Shown in pieces: positions 18,480 to 29,065 of a stretch of 64,000 nucleotides of DNA. Position 1 is the first letter of the stretch; each line of letters starts with the position of its first letter. Made by a program: the position numbers and the translations under genes. Under the pieces are notes generated by a model. It was given only the letters and a program-made list of their open reading frames with translations. It searched no databases and had not been told where the DNA came from. The DNA is from Nitrospinaceae bacterium (GTDB taxonomy: Bacteria; Nitrospinota; Nitrospinia; Nitrospinales; Nitrospinaceae). The DNA is taken from assembly GCA_965223665.1 (NCBI GenBank), contig OZ245011.1, positions 3,264,001-3,328,000 on the forward strand. Direction: 5' to 3'.

Positions 18480-21224
18480 ATGGACGATATGTGGCCGATT
18501 ATCAATGAATTTTTAACGGAAAGCTACGAGAATCTTGATCAGTTAGATCAAGACTTAGTAGAGTTAGAGGCCCATCCGGATGAACAAAGCTTATTAGCTA
18601 GTATTTTCAGAACTATTCATACTATAAAAGGAACTTGCGGGTTCTTGGGATTTACAAAATTAGAATCTGTTGCCCATGTCGGAGAAAATCTTTTAAGTAA
18701 ACTTCGAGATGGTGAATTGAGTATGACCCCTGCAATTGCAAGCGCCCTTCTTTCAATGGTTGACGCAATTCGACAAGTTTTATCCTGCATTGAAAAAGAC
18801 CAAAATGAAGGAGATGTGGATTATTCTGCCTTGGTAGAAACTTTAACTCGACTACAAGCTGGAGAAGATGTTGAGCTTGATAAGGTATCTACGCCTCAAG
18901 CGCCAACAGATAAATCCGACTCATCCCCCGAAGAATCAAAAAGTGAAGAACTGGGAGTGGCGGTTTCAGCCGAAGAAAAAACAGAAAACGCTTCATCATC
19001 TACTTCAGATTCCTCTGGAAAATCTCCCTTAGAACAATTGGGTGGACATGTTTTTATCGAATTAACAGTAGATATGCTCTATGACAAATTAATTAAAGAT
19101 GAAAGAGTAAATCAATTTTTTGAAGGATTGGATTTAGTTGTCCTTCGCCGGAATATGCGGGAATTTCTTGTTGGTTCACTTAAAGAACCTTCTGAAGATC
19201 TAAGCTCAGAATTGAAGGATTCTCATCAAACCTTGGCGGAAAAAGGGTTTGCCGATTCCCATTTTGAAGTTGTAATGGAAAACTTGGGAACTACCCTCCA
19301 GGCATTAAATATGAAAGAAGAGTTTGCTAGCTTGGTTACAGCAAAAGTCCTTTCAGTTAAGGATAAACTTCTAAATAAAGGAGATTCAAAAAGTACTTCT
19401 TCAGAACAACCCAATTCGGCAATTGTTTCTAGTGAAAGTGTGCAATCTGGCCAAGAATCCAAGCCAACGCAAGAAATTCAAAAAGTATCTGAAAAAAATG
19501 AAAATCCTTCCTCTTCCAGTGAAAGTAAACCTTCCAATCCGGGAACTCCTCCAAGTCGATCTTCTGAGAGTATACGTGTCGATGTAGAAATGTTGGATTC
19601 CTTAATGAATTTAGTTGGAGAACTTGTTTTAGCACGAAATCAAATAATGCAGTTTACAACAACCGAAAAAGATGCGACCTTTATTGCCACAACTCAACAT
19701 CTTAATCAATTGACAACAGAGTTGCAGGAAGGGGTTATGAAAACTCGGATGCAACCCATTGGGAACATTTGGAATAAGTTTCCTAGGGTAGTAAGAGATT
19801 TATCCCATTCTGTAAATAAACAGGTCCGTTTGGAAATGGAAGGAAAAGAGACGGAGCTTGATAAAACACTAATTGAAGCGATTAAGGATCCTCTAACACA
19901 TATTGTACGTAATTCAGTGGATCACGGAATTGAATCACCTGAGGCCCGGCAATCAAAGGGAAAAAATCCGGAGGGAGTATTAAAGCTTCGTGCGTATCAT
20001 GAGGGTGGTCAGGTTAATATTGACATCATTGATGATGGGGGTGGAATTGATCCTGAAAAGATCCGTCAAAAAGCGCTATCCAAAAATTTAATCACTCAAC
20101 AGCAATCTACAAAAATGAGTGACCGGGAAGTCGTCAATTTGATTTTTAACCCCGGTTTTTCTACCGCCGAAAAAGTTTCAAATATTTCGGGTCGCGGCGT
20201 AGGAATGGATGTTGTCAAAACTAATATAGAGAAGATTGGTGGAACAGTTGATATTCAAACAAAAGTTAATGAAGGTACTTCCTTAAAAGTTAAAATCCCT
20301 TTAACTTTGGCAATTATTCCAGCTTTGGTGGTGAAATGCGGAGGTTGGCGATATGCCATTCCACAAGTAAGTTTAGTTGAATTAGTAAGATTAGAAGCTG
20401 ACCAGGCGACCCACGGTATTGAGGAAATCCAGGGAGCTCCTGTTTACCGGCTTAGAGGAAATTTACTTCCGTTGGTTTATCTTCATCAAGAATTAGATGT
20501 TAAACAACAATTAGAGGAAGCAGGGGTGGTTAATATTGTGGTCCTCCAAGCAGACAAGCGGCAGTTTGGCCTCGTAGTAGATGGAATTCTTGATACTGAA
20601 GAAATTGTTGTTAAACCTTTGGGTAAGCAATTAAAAGGAATTACTGCATTTGCCGGAGCAACAATAATGGGAGATGGAAAAGTAGCTTTAATTCTAGATG
20701 TGATGGGTTTAGCTCAAAAAGCAAGGGTTCTTTCAGAAGCTTCTCACGGACAATCTGCATCCGACGCAACAGAAAAATCAACATCGAGAAATGGAGAATT
20801 ACAAACTCTATTGATTTTCTCTTTGGGACAAGAAGGACGTATGGCGGTCCCGCTATCCATGGTGGCCCGTTTAGAAGAATTCAAACGAGGTACCATAGAG
20901 CATTCGGGTGATCAAGATGTGGTCCAATATCGCGGTGAGATAATGCCATTAATTTATTTATCCGATGTTTTTGGAGGAATGCGACCTGAGACCGAAGAAA
21001 TGCAAGTTATAGTTTACTCTGCACAAGGTCGCAGCGTAGGGGTTGTAGTAGGAGAAATAATTGATATTGTCGAAGAGATGGTTACAGTTAAGCAGGGTTC
21101 TGGTGGGCAAGGTGTATTAGGATCGGCCGTTGTCCATGGTAAGGTTACAGATTTATTGGATGTCGAAGGGGTAATACGTTCTGCGGATCCAAGTTTTTAC
21201 GATGAATCATTGATGGTGGGTTAA
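18480..21224 (+). CDS. cheA: CheA-family kinase: HPt, truncated globin, dimerisation domain, HATPase, CheW, second CheW
   Basis: IFRTIHTIKG (His47), IRVDV..LD.LMNLVGELVLARNQ, HIVRNSVDHGIE, SGRGVGMDVV, two CheW-like domains; AAGGAG SD. Confidence 0.93.
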   Translation: MDDMWPIINEFLTESYENLDQLDQDLVELEAHPDEQSLLASIFRTIHTIKGTCGFLGFTKLESVAHVGENLLSKLRDGELSMTPAIASALLSMVDAIRQVLSCIEKDQNEGDVDYSALVETLTRLQAGEDVELDKVSTPQAPTDKSDSSPEESKSEELGVAVSAEEKTENASSSTSDSSGKSPLEQLGGHVFIELTVDMLYDKLIKDERVNQFFEGLDLVVLRRNMREFLVGSLKEPSEDLSSELKDSHQTLAEKGFADSHFEVVMENLGTTLQALNMKEEFASLVTAKVLSVKDKLLNKGDSKSTSSEQPNSAIVSSESVQSGQESKPTQEIQKVSEKNENPSSSSESKPSNPGTPPSRSSESIRVDVEMLDSLMNLVGELVLARNQIMQFTTTEKDATFIATTQHLNQLTTELQEGVMKTRMQPIGNIWNKFPRVVRDLSHSVNKQVRLEMEGKETELDKTLIEAIKDPLTHIVRNSVDHGIESPEARQSKGKNPEGVLKLRAYHEGGQVNIDIIDDGGGIDPEKIRQKALSKNLITQQQSTKMSDREVVNLIFNPGFSTAEKVSNISGRGVGMDVVKTNIEKIGGTVDIQTKVNEGTSLKVKIPLTLAIIPALVVKCGGWRYAIPQVSLVELVRLEADQATHGIEEIQGAPVYRLRGNLLPLVYLHQELDVKQQLEEAGVVNIVVLQADKRQFGLVVDGILDTEEIVVKPLGKQLKGITAFAGATIMGDGKVALILDVMGLAQKARVLSEASHGQSASDATEKSTSRNGELQTLLIFSLGQEGRMAVPLSMVARLEEFKRGTIEHSGDQDVVQYRGEIMPLIYLSDVFGGMRPETEEMQVIVYSAQGRSVGVVVGEIIDIVEEMVTVKQGSGGQGVLGSAVVHGKVTDLLDVEGVIRSADPSFYDESLMVG

Positions 21225-21235
21225 GGAGGAAATAA

Positions 21236-21682
21236 ATGTCAAGCACTACCAAACAATATTGTACTTTCTATTTAGATAATCACTATTTTGGAATTGATGT
21301 ATTAGACGTACAAGAGGTATTTCGTTTTCAAGAAATGACTACTGTGCCTTTAGCCCCTAAAGTAATACGAGGATTAATCAATTTGAGAGGTCAGATCATT
21401 ACAGGAATTGATTTACGGCAAAGGTTGGCTATGGAAGAAAATGCTGACGAAAAACCCCCAATGAATGTTGTGGTTCGTACTCAAGAGGATGTGGTGAGTT
21501 TGTTGGTGGATGAAATTGGTGATGTAATGGAAATTTCTGACGATCATTATGAATCACCACCTGATACTCTTGATGAAAAAATTCGAGAATTGATCACCGG
21601 GGTATATAAACTTGATGGAAAACTACTTTTAGTATTAGACATTAATCGTGTTATGGATTTAAAAGTAGCCATTGCAGCATAA
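21236..21682 (+). CDS. cheW: Chemotaxis coupling protein CheW
   Basis: FGIDVLDVQE, VPLAP..IRGLINLRGQI, LLVDEIGDV; AGGAGG SD. Confidence 0.93.
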   Translation: MSSTTKQYCTFYLDNHYFGIDVLDVQEVFRFQEMTTVPLAPKVIRGLINLRGQIITGIDLRQRLAMEENADEKPPMNVVVRTQEDVVSLLVDEIGDVMEISDDHYESPPDTLDEKIRELITGVYKLDGKLLLVLDINRVMDLKVAIAA

Positions 21683-21697
21683 TTGTTTTTGAAATGT

Positions 21698-21734
21698 TTA
21701 TTTGCTGAAGTGCTTTAAAGGCTTCAGTGAATAA
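21698..21734. terminator. Hairpin between convergent cheW and glnE
   Basis: TTATTTGCTGAAG...CTTCAGTGAATAA inverted repeat. Confidence 0.6.
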
Positions 21735-21741
21735 CTTTCTA

Positions 21742-24700
21742 TTAAAGGGCGGTTCTTAAAAAAGTATCCATTGAATCCCTATAAAGTGACCTAACCTTTT
21801 TGGTCACTTTTAAATATTCTTCCATAAATAAATTTCCTTGTTCTTCAAAATCCTTTCCGGGGAAATTTAACATTCTGCCCAGTACTCCCAAAGTTTCTTT
21901 ATCTTGGGGAAGATAATTTGAGTACCGCGAATTTAGGAGTCTTAACGCGCACTCTAAATTACGAAGAAAATGATAGTATTTTCCGAGTTCTTCTCCCTGT
22001 TCGTAAGGTAAAATTCCATAGGAGGACAAATTCTGAATTAAATGGAATACATTTGTTTCCCGAAGCTTAGGGTAACGATGTCCATGCATCATTTGTAGAA
22101 TTTGTACCATGAATTCGATATCTGCCAGACCCCCAAAACCTAATTTTACATTTTTCCCCTTCTTTATCTCCTGACCAATTTCTTTTTCCATTCTTTCACG
22201 TAATCTTGCAATTTCAATTAAGGAATCGTATTTAAATTTTTTGGGGTAACTAAATCCCTGTGCAATTTCAATAAACTTTTTTCCCACCTCTGGATTACCT
22301 GCCACAAAGCGTGCACGGGTCATCGCCTGTTGTTCCCAAATTTGACCTCGATGGTTAAAGTAATCTTTATAACCATTCAAAGAAATTACTAAAGCCCCAC
22401 GACTTCCTTCAGGTCTAAGATCAGTATCGATTTTGTAAGCAAGGCCTTCAGAAGTCATTTCTGTGGAAAGTTGATATACTTTTTGTGCGAGAGACGAGTA
22501 CCAACTCACTAAATCTCCTTCAATGTATTTTTTAAAATTTTCATTTTCCTCATAAACAAATACAATATCTAAATCCGAACCAAAATTTAATTCCTTTCCC
22601 CCTAGTTTTCCTAATCCAATGATTGCAAATTGATGAGAAATCGGATTCAAAGAATTTTGAAATGCCTTATGTGTTAAAGCTAAATTTAAAACATTTTTTA
22701 AATAAATATCTGCCAAGTTCGATAAATCTGCCAAAGTCTCCGGCAGTCCTGTTTCACCTATTAAATATTTGATTCCAATTCGCAATTCTTCTCCGTTTTT
22801 AAACTTTCGGAGAAAAACATTTTTATTATTTTCTCCATCTTGTTTTTCTAAAGCATCGTTAAGATCTTTGGTCATTTCCTCCGGAGTTTTAAATCGGTAA
22901 ATTGACCCTGGATTAGACAATACATCAATTAAATAGGGCCGTTTTACCAGAAGTTGAGAAAGGACTTCACTTCCACCAAATAAAATTAAAAGTAATTCTA
23001 AAAACTTTTCATTTTCAGTAAATATAGCCAAAAAGGCATCTCGGGATTGACTTGCTTCCACAAACTTGACTAAATTTTCTATTGCAGAATTTGGATTGGG
23101 TACTTTTTTACAAAATTCTAATAGTGTTGGAAGCATCGAATAGAAGTCTCGAATACTACGTTCACTCGGATGAGAAAACTTGGGGCCATCGCGCAAATTT
23201 TTCAAGAAAGTAAAAGTTCTTTCTGGGTCTTTATAGTTAAAATCATTTAGCAACTCTGGACTGAATCTGGATTCTAGTTTTTTTTGGGCATCCCACTTTT
23301 GAAAAGTATTGTCTGCCGCTTTCTGATCTTTATCTTCTTTAAATAAATTAGCAAACATTTTAGCGACATATTCTGTATGTCTTTCAAATTCTGAGTTCAA
23401 AGCTAATACTAAGGCTTCATTGGTAGTACCTTTTAACCCCATTTTCCTTGCCAACACGGCTAAGTCGGTTTCATTTTTTGGTAGATGGTATGTTTGTAAA
23501 CCAAATGATATTTGAACTCGATTTTCTAAATTTCTCAGGAAAATATAAGCTTCTTTTAATTTTAAATATTCTTCTTCATTTAGAAAATCACGATTTCTTA
23601 ATTTTTTTAATACGTTCAAAGTATTTGCTTCTCGAAGTTGAATGTCCTGACCTCCAAATAAAAGCTGATATGCTTGGACAATGAATTCGACTTCACGGAT
23701 TCCTCCTGGCCCGAGTTTAATATGTCCTTTTTCTAACTTTTTCTTTTTTAAATCCAGGTCTACCTTTTTTTTAAGATTTTTAATTTCTTCAATGGCATTG
23801 AAATCCAAGCTTTTTCGATAAATGAAAGGTCGGATCATTGAAAAAAACTCTTCTCCTAAAGTTTCACTACCTGCTGAAACCCGAGCTTTAATTAAAGCTT
23901 GCCGTTCCCAGGTTCTTCCCCAGGATTGATAATAAATTTCGCAACTTGCCAGTGAGTTTACAATTTCCCCACTTTTTCCTTCCGGTCGAAGGTCGAGATC
24001 GACCCGAAAGACGTTTCCTTCTGAGGTGATCTCATTTATGGTTTGTGTGACTAACCTTGCAAACTTAGTATGATATTCGTGGTTGCTGATAGATGTGGTA
24101 GATGTATTATGGGGATCTTGAGACTGAGTTTCTCCCATACTGGAACCGTATATATAAATGAGATCAACATCTGAGCTGTAATTAAGTTCTTTTCCGCCAA
24201 GTTTTCCCATTGATAAAACTGTAAATTCAGATTCTAAAATTTTTCCATTTGGGTCTTTGAAAATGGGAGTTCCATATTTCTTTTTTAAAACTTTTTCCGA
24301 GTAATCGCAGGCAATTTGTAAACAGACATCTGCTAAATCAGATAAATTCTCCACATTTTCTTTCAGGGAGACTAAGCCCATTAAGTCACGCAAACCTATC
24401 CTTATATATTCACGTTTTTTAAACTTTCTTAAAAGCGATGGGATTTGTTCGTTTGAATAATTGAGGCCCGCCATTTCGTAAAACTCACGATAAAGCACGT
24501 TCTTGGTTTTAGAAACGGTTAGCATTCCTTCTTGGCTAAGCCAGTCAATATAAGAAGGATTACTTAAGAGAGTGTCTGTAAGGACTTGGCTTCCAGAGAA
24601 TAGTGTTATTAATGTTTTTAAAAATTCAGGAGAAAGAGCTAAAAGAGAATATAAATGTTCTTTATCTAATATTTTTTCCGTTAATCGGTCAAAATTATTT

Positions 24701-24921
24701 AAGGCGGTATCCGCTTTGTAAGAATTTTTTAGACAGTTAAAAAGTGAAGGAAAAAATGTTGGGTATAAATCTCTGAAATTTGCTTGGAGGGAGATGTTAG
24801 AAAAAATTTGCCAAGCTTTTTGAGGCTCGTCAAGATTTAGTTGGCGAAGAACATCATCAAATTGTTCTTCCCAAGGTGTTTTTTCAAAAATAAGATGAGG
24901 TAAGTCCGTAAGCTCAATCAT
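21742..24921 (-). CDS. glnE: Glutamine synthetase adenylyltransferase/adenylyl-removing enzyme
   Basis: Two NT domains (MGKLGGKELNYSSDVDL and LGKLGGKELNFGSDLDI), D.DLRPEG, KLG.GG..E/D.EF; downstream of glnA. Confidence 0.93.
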   Translation of the reverse strand: MIELTDLPHLIFEKTPWEEQFDDVLRQLNLDEPQKAWQIFSNISLQANFRDLYPTFFPSLFNCLKNSYKADTALNNFDRLTEKILDKEHLYSLLALSPEFLKTLITLFSGSQVLTDTLLSNPSYIDWLSQEGMLTVSKTKNVLYREFYEMAGLNYSNEQIPSLLRKFKKREYIRIGLRDLMGLVSLKENVENLSDLADVCLQIACDYSEKVLKKKYGTPIFKDPNGKILESEFTVLSMGKLGGKELNYSSDVDLIYIYGSSMGETQSQDPHNTSTTSISNHEYHTKFARLVTQTINEITSEGNVFRVDLDLRPEGKSGEIVNSLASCEIYYQSWGRTWERQALIKARVSAGSETLGEEFFSMIRPFIYRKSLDFNAIEEIKNLKKKVDLDLKKKKLEKGHIKLGPGGIREVEFIVQAYQLLFGGQDIQLREANTLNVLKKLRNRDFLNEEEYLKLKEAYIFLRNLENRVQISFGLQTYHLPKNETDLAVLARKMGLKGTTNEALVLALNSEFERHTEYVAKMFANLFKEDKDQKAADNTFQKWDAQKKLESRFSPELLNDFNYKDPERTFTFLKNLRDGPKFSHPSERSIRDFYSMLPTLLEFCKKVPNPNSAIENLVKFVEASQSRDAFLAIFTENEKFLELLLILFGGSEVLSQLLVKRPYLIDVLSNPGSIYRFKTPEEMTKDLNDALEKQDGENNKNVFLRKFKNGEELRIGIKYLIGETGLPETLADLSNLADIYLKNVLNLALTHKAFQNSLNPISHQFAIIGLGKLGGKELNFGSDLDIVFVYEENENFKKYIEGDLVSWYSSLAQKVYQLSTEMTSEGLAYKIDTDLRPEGSRGALVISLNGYKDYFNHRGQIWEQQAMTRARFVAGNPEVGKKFIEIAQGFSYPKKFKYDSLIEIARLRERMEKEIGQEIKKGKNVKLGFGGLADIEFMVQILQMMHGHRYPKLRETNVFHLIQNLSSYGILPYEQGEELGKYYHFLRNLECALRLLNSRYSNYLPQDKETLGVLGRMLNFPGKDFEEQGNLFMEEYLKVTKKVRSLYRDSMDTFLRTAL

Positions 24922-24956
24922 TGGTTTCCTAAAACTGAACCCCGGTAAAATAAATT

Positions 24957-24986
24957 ATAACCTCCCTGAATTTTCAGGGAGGTTAT
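24957..24986 (-). terminator. Strong hairpin after glnA (terminator or mRNA-stabilising stem)
   Basis: ATAACCTCCCTGA-ATTT-TCAGGGAGGTTAT perfect 13-bp stem. Confidence 0.7.
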
Positions 24987-25025
24987 TTTATTATGAACAA
25001 AAGATAATTTTAACAAGAATTTGGA

Positions 25026-26438
25026 TTAAGCATCATAGTATAAGAAAAACTCATAAGGATGCGGTCGGAGACGAATTTCATCCAATTCAGTTTCCTGTTT
25101 ATAGGAAATCCATCTGTCCACAACATCTTGAGTAAAAACATCTCCTTTTAATAGAAACTCATGATCCTGTTCCAATGCACCCAAAGCTTCCTCGAGAGAA
25201 CCGGGCAACCGGGGAATGTTAGCAAGTTCTTCAGGTCCCAAAGCATAAATATCTTTATCCATTGGTTCGCCAGGATCAATTTTGTTTTCAATTCCATCTA
25301 AACCTGCCATTAACATTGCGGTAAAAGCTAAATATCCATTACTGGTCGGATCTGGAAATCGACATTCTAGTCGTTTGGCTTTTGGGCTTGGCGAATACAT
25401 TGGAATTCGAACCGCCGCACTTCTATTTCGACTACTATAAGCTAAGTTCACAGGAGCCTCAAAACCTGGAACTAATCGTTTGTAAGAGTTTGCTGTTGGA
25501 GCAACAAAAGCTGCTAAGGCCCTTGCATGTTTCAGTATTCCTCCAATGTAGTGCAATCCCATTTCACTAAAACCTGCATAACCATTCCCTGCAAATAATG
25601 GATTGCCATCCTTCCAGATACTTTGATGAACATGCATTCCGGATCCATTATCTCCATAGATTGGTTTCGGCATAAATGTAGCAGTTTTATTATGTTGTCT
25701 TGCTACATTTTTAACAATGTATTTATACCACATTAAATTATCACCACATTTTACTAGTGGAGAATAACGCATATCAATTTCACATTGACCGCCAGAAGCA
25801 ACTTCATGATGGTGACATTCCATATCGATGCCTACCTTTTGCATTAGCAAAGTCATTTCTGTTCGCATATCTGCCAGGCTATCACTTGGGGAGACAGGAA
25901 AGTATCCCTCTTTATACCTTGGTTTATAACCCAGGTTAGGGCCTTCATCACGACCTGTATTCCAGTTTCCTTCTTTAGAATCTACATAATACGCAGCCAT
26001 ATTGATATCGGATTCATATCTGACATCATCAAATACAAAAAATTCTGGTTCAGGACCAAAATAAGCAGTATCGCCCAGACCTGTTGACTTTAAATAAGCC
26101 TCAGCCTTTTGCGCAATATTCCTGGGGTCACGTGTATATTTTTCTTTTGTAATTGGGTCCACAATATTACAAATCATACTTAGAGTGGGGACTTGGAAAA
26201 ATGGATCCATGACAGCGGTTTCACCATCTGGGATAACAAGCATATCGCTGGCATTAATTGCCTGCCAACCCCGGATACTCGAACCATCAAAACCTAACCC
26301 CTCCTCGAACATATGTTCTACAAGTTCACTGATCGGCACTGCAAAGTGTTGCCAGCTTCCAATGAGGTCCATAAATTTAAGGTCCACCATTTCCGCATTA
26401 TTTTGTTTTGCAAAATCAATTACCTCTTTTGGTGTCAT
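25026..26438 (-). CDS. glnA: Glutamine synthetase type I (beta)
   Basis: [38 protein letters not shown], adenylylation site PMDKDIY. Confidence 0.97.
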   Translation of the reverse strand: MTPKEVIDFAKQNNAEMVDLKFMDLIGSWQHFAVPISELVEHMFEEGLGFDGSSIRGWQAINASDMLVIPDGETAVMDPFFQVPTLSMICNIVDPITKEKYTRDPRNIAQKAEAYLKSTGLGDTAYFGPEPEFFVFDDVRYESDINMAAYYVDSKEGNWNTGRDEGPNLGYKPRYKEGYFPVSPSDSLADMRTEMTLLMQKVGIDMECHHHEVASGGQCEIDMRYSPLVKCGDNLMWYKYIVKNVARQHNKTATFMPKPIYGDNGSGMHVHQSIWKDGNPLFAGNGYAGFSEMGLHYIGGILKHARALAAFVAPTANSYKRLVPGFEAPVNLAYSSRNRSAAVRIPMYSPSPKAKRLECRFPDPTSNGYLAFTAMLMAGLDGIENKIDPGEPMDKDIYALGPEELANIPRLPGSLEEALGALEQDHEFLLKGDVFTQDVVDRWISYKQETELDEIRLRPHPYEFFLYYDA

Positions 26439-26540
26439 TAGACCCTCTCCTCCTTCTTTTTAGTTTGACCGTTTATCAAAGTTATTTATATAAATTAATT
26501 TTCTAATTGAAGAAATGGGAAACTGAATAAGCATTTGCTT

Positions 26541-26888
<348 letters not shown>

Positions 26889-27073
26889 TCATTTTTGTTC
26901 CGGCCATTAAATTTTTCGCACTAATATGCCAGTACAGTGTTAGAACTTTTCAATAAAATATAATCTTTGGAAGTTGCCTTAAATCACCAAGGCAAAACCC
27001 TACCATAAATTCCAAACATTACAAAGATTTTTGCAATTCGGAACTTATAGAGCTGATCGTTTCTAAATATAGA

Positions 27074-27090
27074 ATCAATTATCATGCCAA
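27074..27090 (-). promoter_or_regulatory. Candidate sigma54 promoter for glnB-glnA-glnE (GA variant at -12)
   Basis: Minus strand TTGGCATGATAATTGAT, GG-N10-GA. Confidence 0.55.
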
Positions 27091-27204
27091 TAAGAACGTA
27101 TTTTTCCTTATTAGCCATGAGAATCGGAGGCGTTTAATTTTAAGGGTTTAGAAAAATTCCGGTTAATTATGTGATAAATTAAGGAAAAACTCAATCTTAA
27201 TTAT

Positions 27205-27251
27205 TGCCAAAAAAATCATCATTTCAGAAAACCCTGCCTGAAAATATAGCA
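27205..27251. promoter_or_regulatory. Two tandem NtrC-like binding sites
   Basis: TGCCTGAAAATATAGCA (TGC-N11-GCA, 27235-27251) and weaker TGCCAAAAAAATCATCA (27205-27221), 30 bp apart. Confidence 0.5.
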
Positions 27252-27255
27252 GTGC

Positions 27256-27897
27256 TTAACTTGAGCAATCTTCGGTAATTTTACAAAGAATTTCCGTTAA
27301 TTCGTTTTGTTTTTGCTCAATTTGTAGAGAATTTGCTTTTGAGGGAAGTATTATGGGAGAAGCAAATTTTACGGTACAACGTGAGAATGGCAAAGGGAGC
27401 ACTGAACGATCCCAACTTTGAAACTCATATTTTGGATGCGCGTCATAGGTTATTGGAAAAACAGGTGCTCCTGTGATTCTGGAAAGTTGCATGGAGCCCG
27501 CTTGCGCTTGATGTCTAGGGCCCCTTGACCCATCGGCCACGATTCCTACCCCCAAATCTTTTTTTAGTAACTTAACCATTTCCCTGGAGCCCCCAAATGT
27601 GTTTTTAAATGAAGATCCTCTGACAACTTTATAACCAAACAATTGGCAAAGTCTTGCAATCAGGTCCCCATCATGGCTGGGACTTACTAAAACCGTAAAG
27701 TTTTTTAGATTTCGAAAATAGAAAAATAAGTAAAAAAGTCGGCTATGCCAAAACACCAGGACGTATCTTCCAGTTTGGTTCCTAATAATTTTTTCAATTT
27801 CGGGGCTTAAATTTCTATGGCGTAAGGTTAAATACCAAAGGTAAAGAATAAAATACAATAGGGGTGGAAGAATGTAATTAAAGAGAAATCTTTTCAT
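27256..27897 (-). CDS. DUF374 / lysophospholipid acyltransferase family protein (LpxJ-like)
   Basis: FWHSR, VSPSHDGD, VRGSS, ADGSRGP, SWDRSVLPLPFS; overlaps the lpxB end. Confidence 0.8.
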   Translation of the reverse strand: MKRFLFNYILPPLLYFILYLWYLTLRHRNLSPEIEKIIRNQTGRYVLVFWHSRLFYLFFYFRNLKNFTVLVSPSHDGDLIARLCQLFGYKVVRGSSFKNTFGGSREMVKLLKKDLGVGIVADGSRGPRHQAQAGSMQLSRITGAPVFPITYDAHPKYEFQSWDRSVLPLPFSRCTVKFASPIILPSKANSLQIEQKQNELTEILCKITEDCSS

Positions 27898-29050
27898 TAG
27901 AAGTTCGATTAGGAAGGTTTAAAGCTGTAATAATACTATTTGCAATTCGGTCCAAAACCCCTGGTTGGCCGAGTGAACTTCTAACTTCCAACAAACGAGA
28001 ACGAACTGATTTAGATTTTTCAGGATCTAATAGTATTTTTTTTGCTTCCTGAAAAATATTTTCAGGATTTACCTGCTCATTTAAAAGTTCTGGAACTACA
28101 TCCTCCTCTGCCACAATATTAATTAATCCAAATCGAGTGATATCGGTCATCATTCTCCCAATTCGATAGGTTATGGGATGAACTCTGTAAATAATAACCA
28201 TTGGACAACCTAACATTCCTGCTTCCAAAGTTGCTGAACCTGAAGCCATTATAAGGAAATCACTGCAATTCATTACATCATAATTTCTGCCTGACAAAAG
28301 AGAAATGTTGAGAGGGTTTTTTCCCAGTCGTTTCCGAATAACATTAACATCTATGCTGTCGGCAACCGGTAAGAGAAACTGGCTATTTGGCAACTGTTCT
28401 TTGATACGCAATGCAGCTCCTAAGATATCTTTCAAAAGATAATTAATTTCACTCATTCGGCTACCCGGGAACAGCCCAATAATAGGTTCTTCGGGGTTTA
28501 GTTTGAAATCCCGTATGGCTTCTTCTCGAGAAACAGATGGTTTGACAATATCAACAAAAGGATGGCCTAAGAACTCTACATCCATTCCGGTTTCTTTGTA
28601 AATTTTTTCTTCAAATGGAAGTATTACATACATTTTTTTTCCTGTTTCATGAATTGTATGAATACGACTCATTCGAGAGGCCCAAATTTGGGGGCTGATA
28701 AAATAAAAAACGGGACAATTATATTTTTTGCAGTATTTGGCTAATCTTAAATTGAAAGCCGGGTAATTAACTAGAATGGCGCCAATATATTTCTGCTTTT
28801 TTAATTCTTTGACTAAAGTCCTAAATATTTTTATATGATGCCAAAGGGTGCTAAAAAATTCGAATAGGCCCATTCCTCCCATGCGATCAATGTTAAATTG
28901 AGTCTTAACTCCTGCGGCCTGCATTTTACTGCCCCCAACTCCTTCGAATTCTAAAGCAGGATAATTTTTTTTAAGGGCAGTGACTAAGTTTCCTCCATGC
29001 AAATCACCAGAAGCTTCCCCGGCTACAACTAGTATTTTTTGTGCGGACAT
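27878..29050 (-). CDS. lpxB: Lipid-A-disaccharide synthase
   Basis: VAGEASGDLHG, YPAFNL, YFISPQIWA, ILPFE, GHP, PGSRMSE, SGSATLE. Confidence 0.93.
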   Translation of the reverse strand: MSAQKILVVAGEASGDLHGGNLVTALKKNYPALEFEGVGGSKMQAAGVKTQFNIDRMGGMGLFEFFSTLWHHIKIFRTLVKELKKQKYIGAILVNYPAFNLRLAKYCKKYNCPVFYFISPQIWASRMSRIHTIHETGKKMYVILPFEEKIYKETGMDVEFLGHPFVDIVKPSVSREEAIRDFKLNPEEPIIGLFPGSRMSEINYLLKDILGAALRIKEQLPNSQFLLPVADSIDVNVIRKRLGKNPLNISLLSGRNYDVMNCSDFLIMASGSATLEAGMLGCPMVIIYRVHPITYRIGRMMTDITRFGLINIVAEEDVVPELLNEQVNPENIFQEAKKILLDPEKSKSVRSRLLEVRSSLGQPGVLDRIANSIITALNLPNRTSNEKISL

Positions 29051-29065
29051 TGGTTGATAAAATTT

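Noticed and set aside
26915-26932. TGGCATATTAGTGC upstream of glnB as a sigma54 promoter
   Set aside because: GG-to-GC spacing is 9 nt rather than the required 10
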